Positions 47,584 to 56,111 of a stretch of DNA of 64,000 nt are shown in pieces. The notes under the pieces were generated by a model, which worked only from the letters and a program-made list of their open reading frames with translations, was not told where the DNA came from and ran no database searches. Positions within the stretch are counted from its first letter, which is position 1. Every line of letters starts with the position of its first letter. Source of the stretch: an uncultured virus (IMG/VR IMGVR_UViG_3300017763_003471) (lineage: Duplodnaviria; Heunggongvirae; Uroviricota; Caudoviricetes); IMG/VR virus record IMGVR_UViG_3300017763_003471, positions 1 to 64,000 of that record, one strand, 5' to 3'. The position numbers were made by a program, and so were the translations under genes.

Positions 47584-48261
47584 CTATTTGTGCCCTTTCA
47601 TACTAAGCATTAGATTATAAAACTCTTGCTTAAGATTTGAATCCTCTCTAAATTTGCCTAACATAATTGCCGTAGTCATATCGCTTTCGTGTTCTTTAAC
47701 ACCTCTATGTGTCATACAATGATGTTCTGCTTTAACAACAACTGCAACGTTTGGAGTCTTAGAATACTGTACAAGTTTCTCCGCAATTTGTGTTGTCATT
47801 TCTTCTTGAATTTGAGGTCTTTCTGCAATGTGATGAACAAGTCTATTAAACTTAGATAGTCCAATAACTTCTTCTTCTGGAAAGATACCTACCCAACATC
47901 TACCTACAATATTTTGAAAGTGATGGGCACAAGTACTACGAATAGTAATTGGACCTGTCGTATACAAGTTGTTATATCCCATATTAGGAAAACTTGTTAC
48001 TCTTGGTTCTGGTACATAACGCCCACCAAATGTTTCATGTAAAAACATTTTAGCTACACGTTTTGCGGTTTCTTGTGTGTTGTGGTCGTTCTCTGTATCG
48101 ATAACTAAACTTTCTAATACTTGTTGCATTGAAGTTTGTACTTCGTTTTGAAGTGATTCCATTTCACCCGGTTCGATGAAATCGGCTATATTATCGTTAC
48201 TATGAAACTTGCCTTTAGCAGATTTGATCCGCTCTCTGATTATTTCGGAAGTCTTTTTCAT
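47584..48261 (-). CDS. folE: GTP cyclohydrolase I
   Basis: ETAKRVAKM, STCAHH, GLSKFNR, RPQIQE, AEHHCMTHRG. Confidence 0.95.
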   Translation of the reverse strand: MKKTSEIIRERIKSAKGKFHSNDNIADFIEPGEMESLQNEVQTSMQQVLESLVIDTENDHNTQETAKRVAKMFLHETFGGRYVPEPRVTSFPNMGYNNLYTTGPITIRSTCAHHFQNIVGRCWVGIFPEEEVIGLSKFNRLVHHIAERPQIQEEMTTQIAEKLVQYSKTPNVAVVVKAEHHCMTHRGVKEHESDMTTAIMLGKFREDSNLKQEFYNLMLSMKGHK

Positions 48262-48328
48262 TTATACTATGTTCCTTATATTTTAGTTGTATACTGTATG
48301 GTGGTAAACCCACCCATATACAGTTATT

Positions 48329-48357
48329 ATTATACATGAGTGGGAGTTTAATGTCAA
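48329..48357 (-). promoter_or_regulatory. sigma70-type promoter of folE-queE-metK
   Basis: TTGACA-17 nt-TATAAT, followed by a leader hairpin at 48293-48324. Confidence 0.85.
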
Positions 48358-49436
48358 TCATTAATTTCGTTATATTTATGCAATTCAGTAACTAAGTCAT
48401 TTACTGAATAAAAGTTACGTACATTCTCAATTTCTTTATTCATAGATTCGCTCATATCTGAGTTCTTATTCATTAAGATACGAATATGCGTTTTAATCTG
48501 TTCTATATTCTCTTTTACTGCATCTAAACTAGTTGTCCATTCACTAGGATATTTAAACGTATCTGACCACATTTCTGTATAAGATAGTCTGTCTGGTACT
48601 AATGGTATAGCACCAACTACAAGTCCTTCAAATACAGATATACCCAAAGTCTCTTGTAAGTTGGCACTAAAAACCATTTTCGCCTTACCAAGCATTGTGT
48701 GGTATTCTTCCTTAGATAGATTAAGTTCTTGACACTTTACCCAATTATACTCAGGCATTTGCTCTGAGAGATAGTCAAAAACTTCTGGTTGCTTTTCAGG
48801 CGCTAACCTGTGAGGAAATAATATCATGTCCTCTTTCGCCATACCTTTATAGTTTGCTAAATCGCTTTCTATATATTCCATAGGCCAACCCACTTGTCGA
48901 ATAGAGTGAAGGAGTTGCCGGTCGATATCCCTATCGTCCTCAAAAAATGTCTGGGTAAACATGTCAATATGAAATTTAGTTGCAAAGTAGTTATCATCGA
49001 AACATTCATACATTGACATTTCAGCATTTCGGACCCATGGTTGGTTCCCTATCAATCTTCCTAGAAAGTCTTGAGGGTCATACGAACCTGCATGCCACAT
49101 ACCCCCAATCCGGATTTTCACCCCAAGTAATTCAGCCATATATTTTAACTGTATTACTGTAGGGTTCCAGGCATCAGCATACAAAAAGTAATCACCATCT
49201 TTGATTTTGCCTTCGCAAAACATTTGAGATATTTTTGTTATCTGTGCCGCCTTGTAGATGTTTGTACCACCAAAGTTCAGAAAAGCACCGGGTGTAGTGG
49301 CTTCGGGAATGCCTGCCCTAGGGCCGTCTATCACCGTCACATTCAAACCGTTGCTTCCAAGAACTTTTGGGAAATGTGTCTTCCATTGCTTAGTGTAGCG
49401 GGATTCAACACTTTCCAAATCTACAAGATATATCAT
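48354..49436 (-). CDS. GT-B glycosyltransferase
   Basis: WHAGSYD, FPHRLAPEKQP, QETLGISVFE (E-x7-E), PDRLSYTE. Confidence 0.8.
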   Translation of the reverse strand: MIYLVDLESVESRYTKQWKTHFPKVLGSNGLNVTVIDGPRAGIPEATTPGAFLNFGGTNIYKAAQITKISQMFCEGKIKDGDYFLYADAWNPTVIQLKYMAELLGVKIRIGGMWHAGSYDPQDFLGRLIGNQPWVRNAEMSMYECFDDNYFATKFHIDMFTQTFFEDDRDIDRQLLHSIRQVGWPMEYIESDLANYKGMAKEDMILFPHRLAPEKQPEVFDYLSEQMPEYNWVKCQELNLSKEEYHTMLGKAKMVFSANLQETLGISVFEGLVVGAIPLVPDRLSYTEMWSDTFKYPSEWTTSLDAVKENIEQIKTHIRILMNKNSDMSESMNKEIENVRNFYSVNDLVTELHKYNEIND

Positions 49437-49864
49437 TCAATTTCCTTTAGTAGTTCTTTAAACCATTCTTCTGAACCTTCAGTGCCACAATCACATTCTA
49501 TAATATTTTTAATACGTGTTGCACCTAGTTCATCTAGTTTACTGTTTATTTTATTACCTGCTCCACAAAAAGTCTGATGTGAACTATCACCTAATGCACA
49601 AACAGAATATGTAAGATTTTTAAATTGACTAGTTGAGTTCTCTAACCAATCCCAAAACTCGTCACCATTATGAGGCAAATCACCATCACCTGTAGTTGAT
49701 GTAACCACAACTGCAAGTTTCATTTCTTGTAGTTTATCAGCAGTTACATCGTTGAGTTCAACTAAGTTGACCTCATGATTTCTTTTCTTAGCAATCACTT
49801 CAAAATTATCTGCAACGTCTTCTGCATTACCAGTCATTGAAGCCCATAAAATATTAATTAACAT
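49433..49864 (-). CDS. flavodoxin (MioC/CysJ-like short chain)
   Basis: ASMTGNAE, TSTTGDGDLP, ALGDSSHQTFCGAG. Confidence 0.9.
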   Translation of the reverse strand: MLINILWASMTGNAEDVADNFEVIAKKRNHEVNLVELNDVTADKLQEMKLAVVVTSTTGDGDLPHNGDEFWDWLENSTSQFKNLTYSVCALGDSSHQTFCGAGNKINSKLDELGATRIKNIIECDCGTEGSEEWFKELLKEIE

Positions 49865-49865
49865 A

Positions 49866-50432
49866 CTACTCCTTTAAGATACTATAAACATTGTATCCCT
49901 TAGATTTTAGTTTAGCAGAACCACCTAAGAAAGTCAAGTCCATTATACTTCCTATTCCTATTGTTTCTGCACCCATACGTGTAATCAATGACGTTACTGC
50001 TTCCAGTGTTCCACCGGTTGCAATAACATCATCAAGTACTAGAACACGGTCGCCTTCTAACACTGAATCAGTTTGTAGGTGTAGTTCGTCCGTACCGTAT
50101 TCAAGTTCGTATTCTGTAAAAATTGTTGGTCCTGGTAACTTGCCTTTTTTTCTAGCCATAGCAAATGGCCTATTCATATCTGCACTTAAGTATCCTGCTA
50201 AAGGAAACCCACGTGCTTCTAATCCTACGATTCGAGTGTAATTATAAGCTACTTGAGTAGCATACATCCAATCTTTTATAAGTGTCATGCATTTAGATAA
50301 ACCATCTTGGTGATTAAAAATACTTGCCATGTCTTGATACATGATGCCAGGTTTAGGATGGTCCGGAACTACCCGAACCATTGCTTGTATATCTTCTGCT
50401 AGAGAATTTTTATAATCAAGTTCCATATTCAA
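49866..50432 (-). CDS. apt: adenine phosphoribosyltransferase
   Basis: PDHPKPGI, GLEARGF, ARKKGKLP, YELEYG, LDDVIATGGT. Confidence 0.93.
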   Translation of the reverse strand: MNMELDYKNSLAEDIQAMVRVVPDHPKPGIMYQDMASIFNHQDGLSKCMTLIKDWMYATQVAYNYTRIVGLEARGFPLAGYLSADMNRPFAMARKKGKLPGPTIFTEYELEYGTDELHLQTDSVLEGDRVLVLDDVIATGGTLEAVTSLITRMGAETIGIGSIMDLTFLGGSAKLKSKGYNVYSILKE

Positions 50433-50868
50433 TCAAAGCCCCATTTTCTCCATCTTCGGATACTTCAATTTTAACACTACGACCGGGATACTTATCTGCA
50501 ATCTTATCAAACAAATCATCACTCATCATTTCACATGACTTGTAATCTAGTTCTAAAGTCTTCTCTGCATATAGTTTCTCTAGCCAACGTTTGAATTGAA
50601 TAAACTCAATATCCCTGTCGTTGTGTGTAACTGTAATTGCTACACGAAAATGAAAGATATGTCTATGAGGATATCCTAGAAAACTAACATCATACTCATC
50701 GCCAGTTGCTAACGCAGGGTCATCAAGTGCCGCTGGATACTTGTGTATACCTTCTTTCTGAAATGTAACCCAAATCCATCTTGTTGCATTTTGTTTTTGT
50801 TTTTTAATATCATCTTCCATATTAGCCTTTCTACTTTCGTTTAGCATGTAGTTATAGTAACTACCCAT
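50416..50868 (-). CDS. QueD-like T-fold protein with LxxxHRHxF motif (DpdL-like)
   Basis: EGIHKYP, FLGYPHRHIFHF, HNDRDIEF, SCEM, VSEDGENG; lacks the QueD CxxxHGH motif. Confidence 0.75.
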   Translation of the reverse strand: MGSYYNYMLNESRKANMEDDIKKQKQNATRWIWVTFQKEGIHKYPAALDDPALATGDEYDVSFLGYPHRHIFHFRVAITVTHNDRDIEFIQFKRWLEKLYAEKTLELDYKSCEMMSDDLFDKIADKYPGRSVKIEVSEDGENGALIEYGT

Positions 50869-51064
50869 TTAACTGTGACCCTAATTCATTTTCTAGGGAT
50901 ACAATTTCTTCTTTTAATTTCAATTTTTCAACCTTTTTGCCTTGAACGTCTTGATACTTATTATAATCTTTTTTAATCTGATTGTCAAGTGCCCTGTGGA
51001 CCGCTCTGAGTTTTTCAAGTCTGTGTGCTTTCTTTTTAGCGAATGCTCTTTGTCCTGATGCCAT
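50861..51064 (-). CDS. small coiled-coil protein (YdcH/DUF465-like)
   Basis: GGAGG RBS, ATG at 51064; LEKLRAVHRALDNQI...KLKLKEEI. Confidence 0.6.
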   Translation of the reverse strand: MASGQRAFAKKKAHRLEKLRAVHRALDNQIKKDYNKYQDVQGKKVEKLKLKEEIVSLENELGSQLNG

Positions 51065-51092
51065 TTTGTCCTCCTTAGTTAAAAATGTTGGA

Positions 51093-51119
51093 TTATAGGG
51101 GAACAATGCTCCCCTATAA
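51093..51119. terminator. hairpin downstream of the NCS2 permease
   Basis: TTATAGGGGA-N7-TCCCCTATAA inverted repeat. Confidence 0.5.
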
Positions 51120-51128
51120 ATACTTATC

Positions 51129-52421
51129 TTATTGTACTACAAAATAGAGTACTGATACTGCCGCAATAGCAAGAGAACCCATATTAAGTTCACTATGTCT
51201 ACCACTTGCCGCTTTGATTACTACATGAGCAATAAAGCCTAAAGCAATACCATAAGCAATATTAAATGTTAGTGGCATGATAATTGCCGCCAATACTGCT
51301 GGTGCATATTCACTTACATCATCCCAATTAATATCTTTAAGATTACGTAAGAAATACGTAGCGATAAAGACTAACGCAGGTGCAGTTGCATATGCTGGAA
51401 TGCTTTGTGCCAATGGTGCTAACACCAAACACAATGCAAACAAGATTGCTACGACAACCGCAGTTAATCCTGTCTTACCACCTTCTTTAATACCAGCACC
51501 ACTTTCAATATATGAAGTTGTGTTACTAGTACCTGCTAAAGCACCAATAGTTGTTGCAGTTGAATCTGCTAGAAGGGCTCTGTCGATACCTTCTACTTCT
51601 CCCTTCTTATTCACTTTCCCTGTAAGGTTGGCAACACTTGTAAGTGTACCTGCCGTATCAAAGAAATCAACAAATAAGAATGCAAATGCTACACCGATGA
51701 AACCGGCTGTTGCAATCAAACTAAAGTCTAATGTAAATGCATGTGCTGGACTTGGAACTGCACCAACTACACCATTAAGGTCAGCGATACCTGTGATCCA
51801 AGCAATCACACTTACGGCTAAGATACCAATAATAATTGAACCTGGTACTCCTCGCTTATCTAAGATTGCCATTAATGCAAAACCTAGACCTGCAAGTAAT
51901 ACTGGCCAACTAGAAATGTCTCCTAGTCCAACTAGTGTTGCTGGATTATCAACAACGACACCTGCATTCTTAAGACCGATAATAGCTAAGAACAGACCAA
52001 TACCTGCTCCTATACCTAGCTTCATGCCTTTCGGGATACTATTAATAATATACCTTCGTGCTGGTGTCATACTCAAACCAAGAAACACAACACCTGCGAT
52101 AAACACAGCCGCTAATGCTTGTTGATATGTGTAACCCATACCAAAAATAACACCGAATGCAAAGAAGGCATTCAGTCCCATTCCTGGAGCAAGTGCTACA
52201 GGCCAATTAGCCCATAGTCCCATGATTAAGGTACCCACTACCGCCGCAATAATTGTAGCGGTGAATACTGCACCAAAATCCATTCCAGTACCTTCGGTTG
52301 ACAAAATCGCAGGGTTTACGACTGTGATATATGCCATAGTAAGGAATGTCGCAAGACCGGCCATAACTTCCGTTCTGACGGTCGTATTCTTTTTAGATAA
52401 TCCAAAAAGTTTTTCTAACAT
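51129..52421 (-). CDS. NCS2/AzgA-type purine permease
   Basis: RTEVMAGLATFLTMAYI, LAPGMGLNAFF, DFFDTAGT, TSYIESGAGI..GG.TGL. Confidence 0.93.
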   Translation of the reverse strand: MLEKLFGLSKKNTTVRTEVMAGLATFLTMAYITVVNPAILSTEGTGMDFGAVFTATIIAAVVGTLIMGLWANWPVALAPGMGLNAFFAFGVIFGMGYTYQQALAAVFIAGVVFLGLSMTPARRYIINSIPKGMKLGIGAGIGLFLAIIGLKNAGVVVDNPATLVGLGDISSWPVLLAGLGFALMAILDKRGVPGSIIIGILAVSVIAWITGIADLNGVVGAVPSPAHAFTLDFSLIATAGFIGVAFAFLFVDFFDTAGTLTSVANLTGKVNKKGEVEGIDRALLADSTATTIGALAGTSNTTSYIESGAGIKEGGKTGLTAVVVAILFALCLVLAPLAQSIPAYATAPALVFIATYFLRNLKDINWDDVSEYAPAVLAAIIMPLTFNIAYGIALGFIAHVVIKAASGRHSELNMGSLAIAAVSVLYFVVQ

Positions 52422-52442
52422 AGTTAGTTCCTCCTTTTATCG

Positions 52443-53984
52443 TTAACCAAATAAGTCTGATACTGTATCAGGTGTTTCGTATTCTTTACGTTTACCTTTT
52501 ACGGCTTCTACAAATTCATCTGTCTTAACGTTTGCTTCCTCAAACTCCATAAAGTCTGGAGTTGTCGAAATGTTTTGAACACGTGATCCTTCACACTTAC
52601 GTAAAAATGCTTTAAAATCACTTAACATGTCCATTGGTTTATCTGATACAAAAAGTTCTTCAACAAACTTTGCAAAGTACAATACTGTATCAGGTACAAC
52701 ATCACTTAACACATTAGTTTTACCTAAATTCATGTTGTGAATATCAATCTTGTCACGTAACATTTCATATTCGTGGTCGAATCTACGTAATGCATCTTGC
52801 ATACCTCGAATATGATACTCCGTATTATGTGCTTGAATTAATATATAGGATAGACTATCCCAACTTGATTTTGCTTCCTTCTTGTTCCTATTCAACATAC
52901 CTGGTTGCATGTAGTTGATATCACGCATATTAAGTCGTGAACCAATAGCACCTTCATACATCCAAGGTTGATCCGGATTAGAAATATCTTGTCTCCAGTT
53001 CAACTTTTTAGTTTTATAAGACCAAGCACCTCCGCTCAAGTCAGGATAATCGTATGCCAAACCTTTAGATGCAGTTATATAGGGAGAGGCCGCATCAAAA
53101 GATATTGTGATATTTGGATTAACATGCTCTCTTAGTTGTCTTTGAATGGCTGTTAAGAAACAACCCCATGGGAGAACGCTAATGCCTAGAACGTGTATCC
53201 AAACATCGTCACCTGCTAACATGCCATCATCACGCATTGTGATTAATCGCCTTAGCAGAAGTTCTGCATCACCGGCATGGTCACCAGCCATAGCCCAACC
53301 TTCAAATGCTCTATCGCCATAGACTTTAGGATCATTGAATTGTTTGACTGCCTGATACCATTTCTCACTAGTATCCCAATTAGCACCATGTAGTGTATTG
53401 AGAAACTTAGTTTTACCCGGGATACGGTTATCAATAAAAAATTTGTGATTGAATATTGTTTTCTCTAAACATTCATCAGCAGATTTTAAACCTGTTTTAT
53501 CACGATACTGTGGAAGATAACCCCACATAGGAATATCAAGTGTCATACTATAATCACAGTATTCTTCTAACCATGTCATAATACCACATCTTGTCTTTTG
53601 CCAATCTGCACCATTTTCAAACTGAGACCAGTCAAGTTTCCAAGCACCACTACCAATCTGATAGCCTCCTGAATCTCCTACTAGTACTGTGTTTTCTCTG
53701 TTACGATTGACAACCATTCCATCATCGATTTTAGAACCTTCTAAATCAAGATTGGCATGACCTGCCGAATAAAGACCATGAGAATAATGCACATAGCCTT
53801 TATCTTTGTCCAGTATATTTAATCCGTCTAAGCCGTGTTCGAAACCTTTTGGAATACGTTCTGGTGGGAACATATCTGTTTTGTCCGCATAATGTTGAGA
53901 GATTTTACGAACATAGAAATTCGAAATAGCCGGCAAGAAGATTGCATAACCGGAACTTAGATTATTTCTACCTAAGTCAATCAC
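52443..53984 (-). CDS. TGT-fold transglycosylase (DpdA-like)
   Basis: GDSGGYQI, MTLDIP, IHVLG, ISFDAAS, HN near the C-terminus; no canonical bacterial TGT zinc-site Cys cluster; deazaguanine neighbourhood. Confidence 0.7.
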   Translation of the reverse strand: MIDLGRNNLSSGYAIFLPAISNFYVRKISQHYADKTDMFPPERIPKGFEHGLDGLNILDKDKGYVHYSHGLYSAGHANLDLEGSKIDDGMVVNRNRENTVLVGDSGGYQIGSGAWKLDWSQFENGADWQKTRCGIMTWLEEYCDYSMTLDIPMWGYLPQYRDKTGLKSADECLEKTIFNHKFFIDNRIPGKTKFLNTLHGANWDTSEKWYQAVKQFNDPKVYGDRAFEGWAMAGDHAGDAELLLRRLITMRDDGMLAGDDVWIHVLGISVLPWGCFLTAIQRQLREHVNPNITISFDAASPYITASKGLAYDYPDLSGGAWSYKTKKLNWRQDISNPDQPWMYEGAIGSRLNMRDINYMQPGMLNRNKKEAKSSWDSLSYILIQAHNTEYHIRGMQDALRRFDHEYEMLRDKIDIHNMNLGKTNVLSDVVPDTVLYFAKFVEELFVSDKPMDMLSDFKAFLRKCEGSRVQNISTTPDFMEFEEANVKTDEFVEAVKGKRKEYETPDTVSDLFG

Positions 53985-53987
53985 TTT

Positions 53988-54743
53988 CTAGTTACCTGAT
54001 TTAGCTGGTAAGATGTATTCGTAGAGTCCAATGCCACTGTCTACTTGTATCATCATTGCACCTTGGTCTGAAATTTTAACACTCATCGTGCTAGTATCAC
54101 CAAGTTTCAAGATTGTTAATACAGTTGATAGAGGGAAACTCCAACCAGTGTTTAGTTCACCGTTTACATTCTGTGCGAATGGAAGTTCTACTCTGTCAGT
54201 TGAACGGTCACCGATAAAGAATTTCAGTACACCGTCTACTGTCTTAACAGTAAATAGTGGATCATAGGCTCCTAGAATACCTGAAAAGTATTGTAAGTCC
54301 TTGATTGCTTTTTGTGTTGGCATAACTTCAACGTCCCATTTAGCACCTTTGAAGTTTGCAGTTTTGATTTGTGCATCTACCAGTTCACTTACGATTACAC
54401 GATAAGTTGATTCCATTGCACCTGGAATTGAAAACGATAGTTGAGTAGGAACCATTTCACCATTACGTTCTTCATGTCCTACTTCGACACCAGCTTTCAC
54501 TGTTTTACCTTGATTATCTTCTCCCTCGTAATTAAGATAACCACTTAGTACGCCTAGTCTACCAAGACCAAACTTACCTTTAAACTCTGCTACTGGTGTA
54601 TGTAGTTTACCCCTTAACACCACTGTTCTATCATCATCCATAGCATCAATCGTTGTACCAGTATCATCTGTAGTGACCTTAGCCGCTTGAATAATACCTA
54701 ACGAATGCGTATGTTTAACGATATCTTTTAATATATCTTGCAT
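53988..54743 (-). CDS. gp45-like sliding clamp
   Basis: 251 aa beta-rich, ends YEYILPAK, near the DNA polymerase; AAGGAG RBS. Confidence 0.65.
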   Translation of the reverse strand: MQDILKDIVKHTHSLGIIQAAKVTTDDTGTTIDAMDDDRTVVLRGKLHTPVAEFKGKFGLGRLGVLSGYLNYEGEDNQGKTVKAGVEVGHEERNGEMVPTQLSFSIPGAMESTYRVIVSELVDAQIKTANFKGAKWDVEVMPTQKAIKDLQYFSGILGAYDPLFTVKTVDGVLKFFIGDRSTDRVELPFAQNVNGELNTGWSFPLSTVLTILKLGDTSTMSVKISDQGAMMIQVDSGIGLYEYILPAKSGN

Positions 54744-54774
54744 GTTATTAGTTCTCCTTATGGTTTAATATACT

Positions 54775-54803
54775 ATATTAACACTAATCAATACCAATGT
54801 CAA
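54775..54803 (-). promoter_or_regulatory. sigma70-type promoter
   Basis: TTGACA-17 nt-TAATAT upstream of the clamp and DpdA-like genes. Confidence 0.65.
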
Positions 54804-55329
54804 TACTCTTTTTAACTTTTCCTGCTACTGGATTATCTACCCAATGTATTTGATTAGGAGGCATAAAACCCCATATAAACCAAGCATTCCCAAAAGTAGG
54901 TGATCCTTTTCCAGTAAAATCTATCCTATAGTTATACACAAGTGCAGACATTCCCTTGTCCATAAACATCTTCCCTCGCTTCGCACCCTGAAAACTTGTA
55001 ACAGGAAGTAATAATGCAAAGGGTTTTTCTAAAGAATAGCAGTGTTCTAAAAACTGGTCTTTCTTACTATACGGTGGATTTGTTATAATGCCATCAAAGA
55101 CATCACTCCGTGTACAATCAAAGAAATCCCTAGAGCCAGAAGGCACAATAGAATAACCGAATTTTCGAAATCCCGACACAATGCTACCACTTCTTTCACT
55201 AGTCGCTTCATAATAAGTTTTCTCCTTATCCAAGTATTTGAGTAAAGGCATAACTTGGTCTTCTGGAGTGTAACATTCATCAGAAGACTCATTAGTTGCT
55301 CTACGATTTATTAGTTCAGTGTATGACAT
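54784..55329 (-). CDS. small phage amino (N6-adenine-type) methyltransferase
   Basis: DECYTP, DFF, ITNPPYS, PFALLLP. Confidence 0.7.
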   Translation of the reverse strand: MSYTELINRRATNESSDECYTPEDQVMPLLKYLDKEKTYYEATSERSGSIVSGFRKFGYSIVPSGSRDFFDCTRSDVFDGIITNPPYSKKDQFLEHCYSLEKPFALLLPVTSFQGAKRGKMFMDKGMSALVYNYRIDFTGKGSPTFGNAWFIWGFMPPNQIHWVDNPVAGKVKKSIDIGID

Positions 55330-56111
55330 TACCTTGACATCCTGTTAACATTAACAATCTTTTTTGCTCTTTCTAATACAGGTGCAATAAAGTCTCTTAC
55401 CATTTCTTCATTGGCAAAGTCATTAAAGTGTGTTTCATCACAAAGTATTTTTTCTTCACCATACTTTTCTGCGTAATAATCGTGTGCATTCTTACCATTA
55501 AAATCTACATACAGTGAATCACCCAACATTGATTTAAAGCCTGGATGAACAAAAAAGTCCCAAGACTTATGCCATGTTACAACTTTTATATTCAATAGTT
55601 TACATAGTTTGATTGCTTGATATACATCTAACATACCCCAAAATTCTAATGACATATTGCTTACAGCCATTTGTTCTTGTGTTTCTTTCCAATACATAAA
55701 AGCCTTCTTAGTTTTTGCAAACCAGTCTTCTTCCATATCTTGCGTTAATGCTCTCATAAATTCATACATAGATGCTGAATCTCTATACACATCATCTTCG
55801 ATAACAGACATATCACTTACTTCTTCTATTCTTTTATAAGGTTGACTAAGACATTTAAAGTTCAACTGTGACCTATTGTTTACTAACTCCATTAATAAAA
55901 TATCAATGTCATGTTTTTCTTTTAAGTACACAATCTTATTTAGGTAAAGTTCTGTACCTTTGCTTGAACAAGCAGAATTAAAAAACTTTATATTAGTTGT
56001 GTATTGATTTAGCCATTCTTCGAAAGGCAATGCTAAATTGTTTTCTTTAGTTTCATAATTATGATGTCTGCCTACACTATAACTAGACCCGACTATTCCT
56101 ACTTTACACAT
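55329..56111 (-). CDS. SGNH-like protein
   Basis: IVGSSYS block I; DETHFN (DxxH). Confidence 0.6.
   Translation of the reverse strand: MCKVGIVGSSYSVGRHHNYETKENNLALPFEEWLNQYTTNIKFFNSACSSKGTELYLNKIVYLKEKHDIDILLMELVNNRSQLNFKCLSQPYKRIEEVSDMSVIEDDVYRDSASMYEFMRALTQDMEEDWFAKTKKAFMYWKETQEQMAVSNMSLEFWGMLDVYQAIKLCKLLNIKVVTWHKSWDFFVHPGFKSMLGDSLYVDFNGKNAHDYYAEKYGEEKILCDETHFNDFANEEMVRDFIAPVLERAKKIVNVNRMSR

Noticed and set aside
50416..50868. Canonical QueD call
   Set aside because: Lacks the catalytic CxxxHGH; reported as DpdL-like instead.
51277..52125. 282-aa + strand ORF
   Set aside because: Antisense shadow of the NCS2 permease.
52443..53984. Canonical tRNA-guanine transglycosylase (tgt) call
   Set aside because: Too long and divergent, with no typical zinc-site Cys cluster; context favours DNA modification.
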